Under the pieces are notes generated by a model, which saw nothing but the letters and a program-made list of their open reading frames with translations, did no database searches and had not been told where the DNA came from. 64,000 bases of DNA from contig WARV01000001.1 of assembly GCA_013387205.1 (NCBI GenBank), positions 86 through 64,085 on the forward strand, in the 5' to 3' direction. The DNA is from Patescibacteria group bacterium. GTDB taxonomy: Bacteria; Patescibacteriota; Doudnabacteria; UBA920. The translations under genes and the position numbers were made by a program. Below are positions 63,908 to 64,000 of the stretch, one piece after another (the first letter of the stretch is position 1; every line of letters starts with the position of its first letter).

Positions 63908-64000
63908 TTATATTTTTAGGGTTGGTTAAATATTTAACAAGCAGGCCGGAAAACATTTTCCGGCCTGCTTTAAAATGGCAAACCGGTTATTCCTGCTTTT

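Overview
The window has two parts. The first ~35 kb is the right-hand portion of a tailed-phage genome, probably an integrated prophage whose left end lies beyond the window start. The remaining ~29 kb is AT-rich bacterial chromosome carrying gltX, def, fmt, hup, queA, rarA, mltG and many cell-wall hydrolases. The compact gene content is compatible with a CPR/Patescibacteria-like host, but that cannot be shown from sequence alone.

Phage part, left to right:
- A GC-rich tandem repeat at the window edge.
- An early region of many tiny Zn-ribbon/Cys-rich ORFs, with a conserved ~30-nt motif repeated three times just upstream of consecutive start codons.
- An HNH (NUMOD4) homing endonuclease.
- terS, terL, portal, a scaffold-like gene, a free-standing LAGLIDADG homing endonuclease, then the putative major capsid gene.
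- A tightly packed five-gene sugar-modification cassette embedded between the capsid and tail genes: a GT2-TPR-GT1 multidomain protein, a GT1-like protein, a DegT-family PLP aminotransferase and two GT2 enzymes.
- Tail and fibre genes, including a collagen-like fibre and a beta-helix spike-like protein.
- A reverse-strand secreted-protein moron inside the late operon.
- A lysis module with papain-like and CHAP peptidases flanked by small membrane proteins.
- A metallophosphoesterase, a tyrosine integrase and a small HTH protein.
- Downstream of the integrase, a perfect consensus sigma70 promoter followed ~200 nt later by an intrinsic terminator, which is a candidate sRNA or att-region transcript.

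Host part, notable items:
- A WecB/TagA-NUDIX fusion gene.
- Two tandem DnaQ-like exonuclease paralogs inserted inside the def-fmt pair; one appears catalytically degenerate.
- A secreted clan GH-A glycosidase with two PA14 domains.
- An unusual abundance of long perfect palindromes (26-40 bp) in intergenic regions, plus a 163-bp nested palindrome after hup.
- A HAD hydrolase gene split by a 1-nt indel in an A9 run.
- A 33-aa GMD-repeat peptide gene with a strong SD.

No rRNA, tRNA or CRISPR array was recognised.
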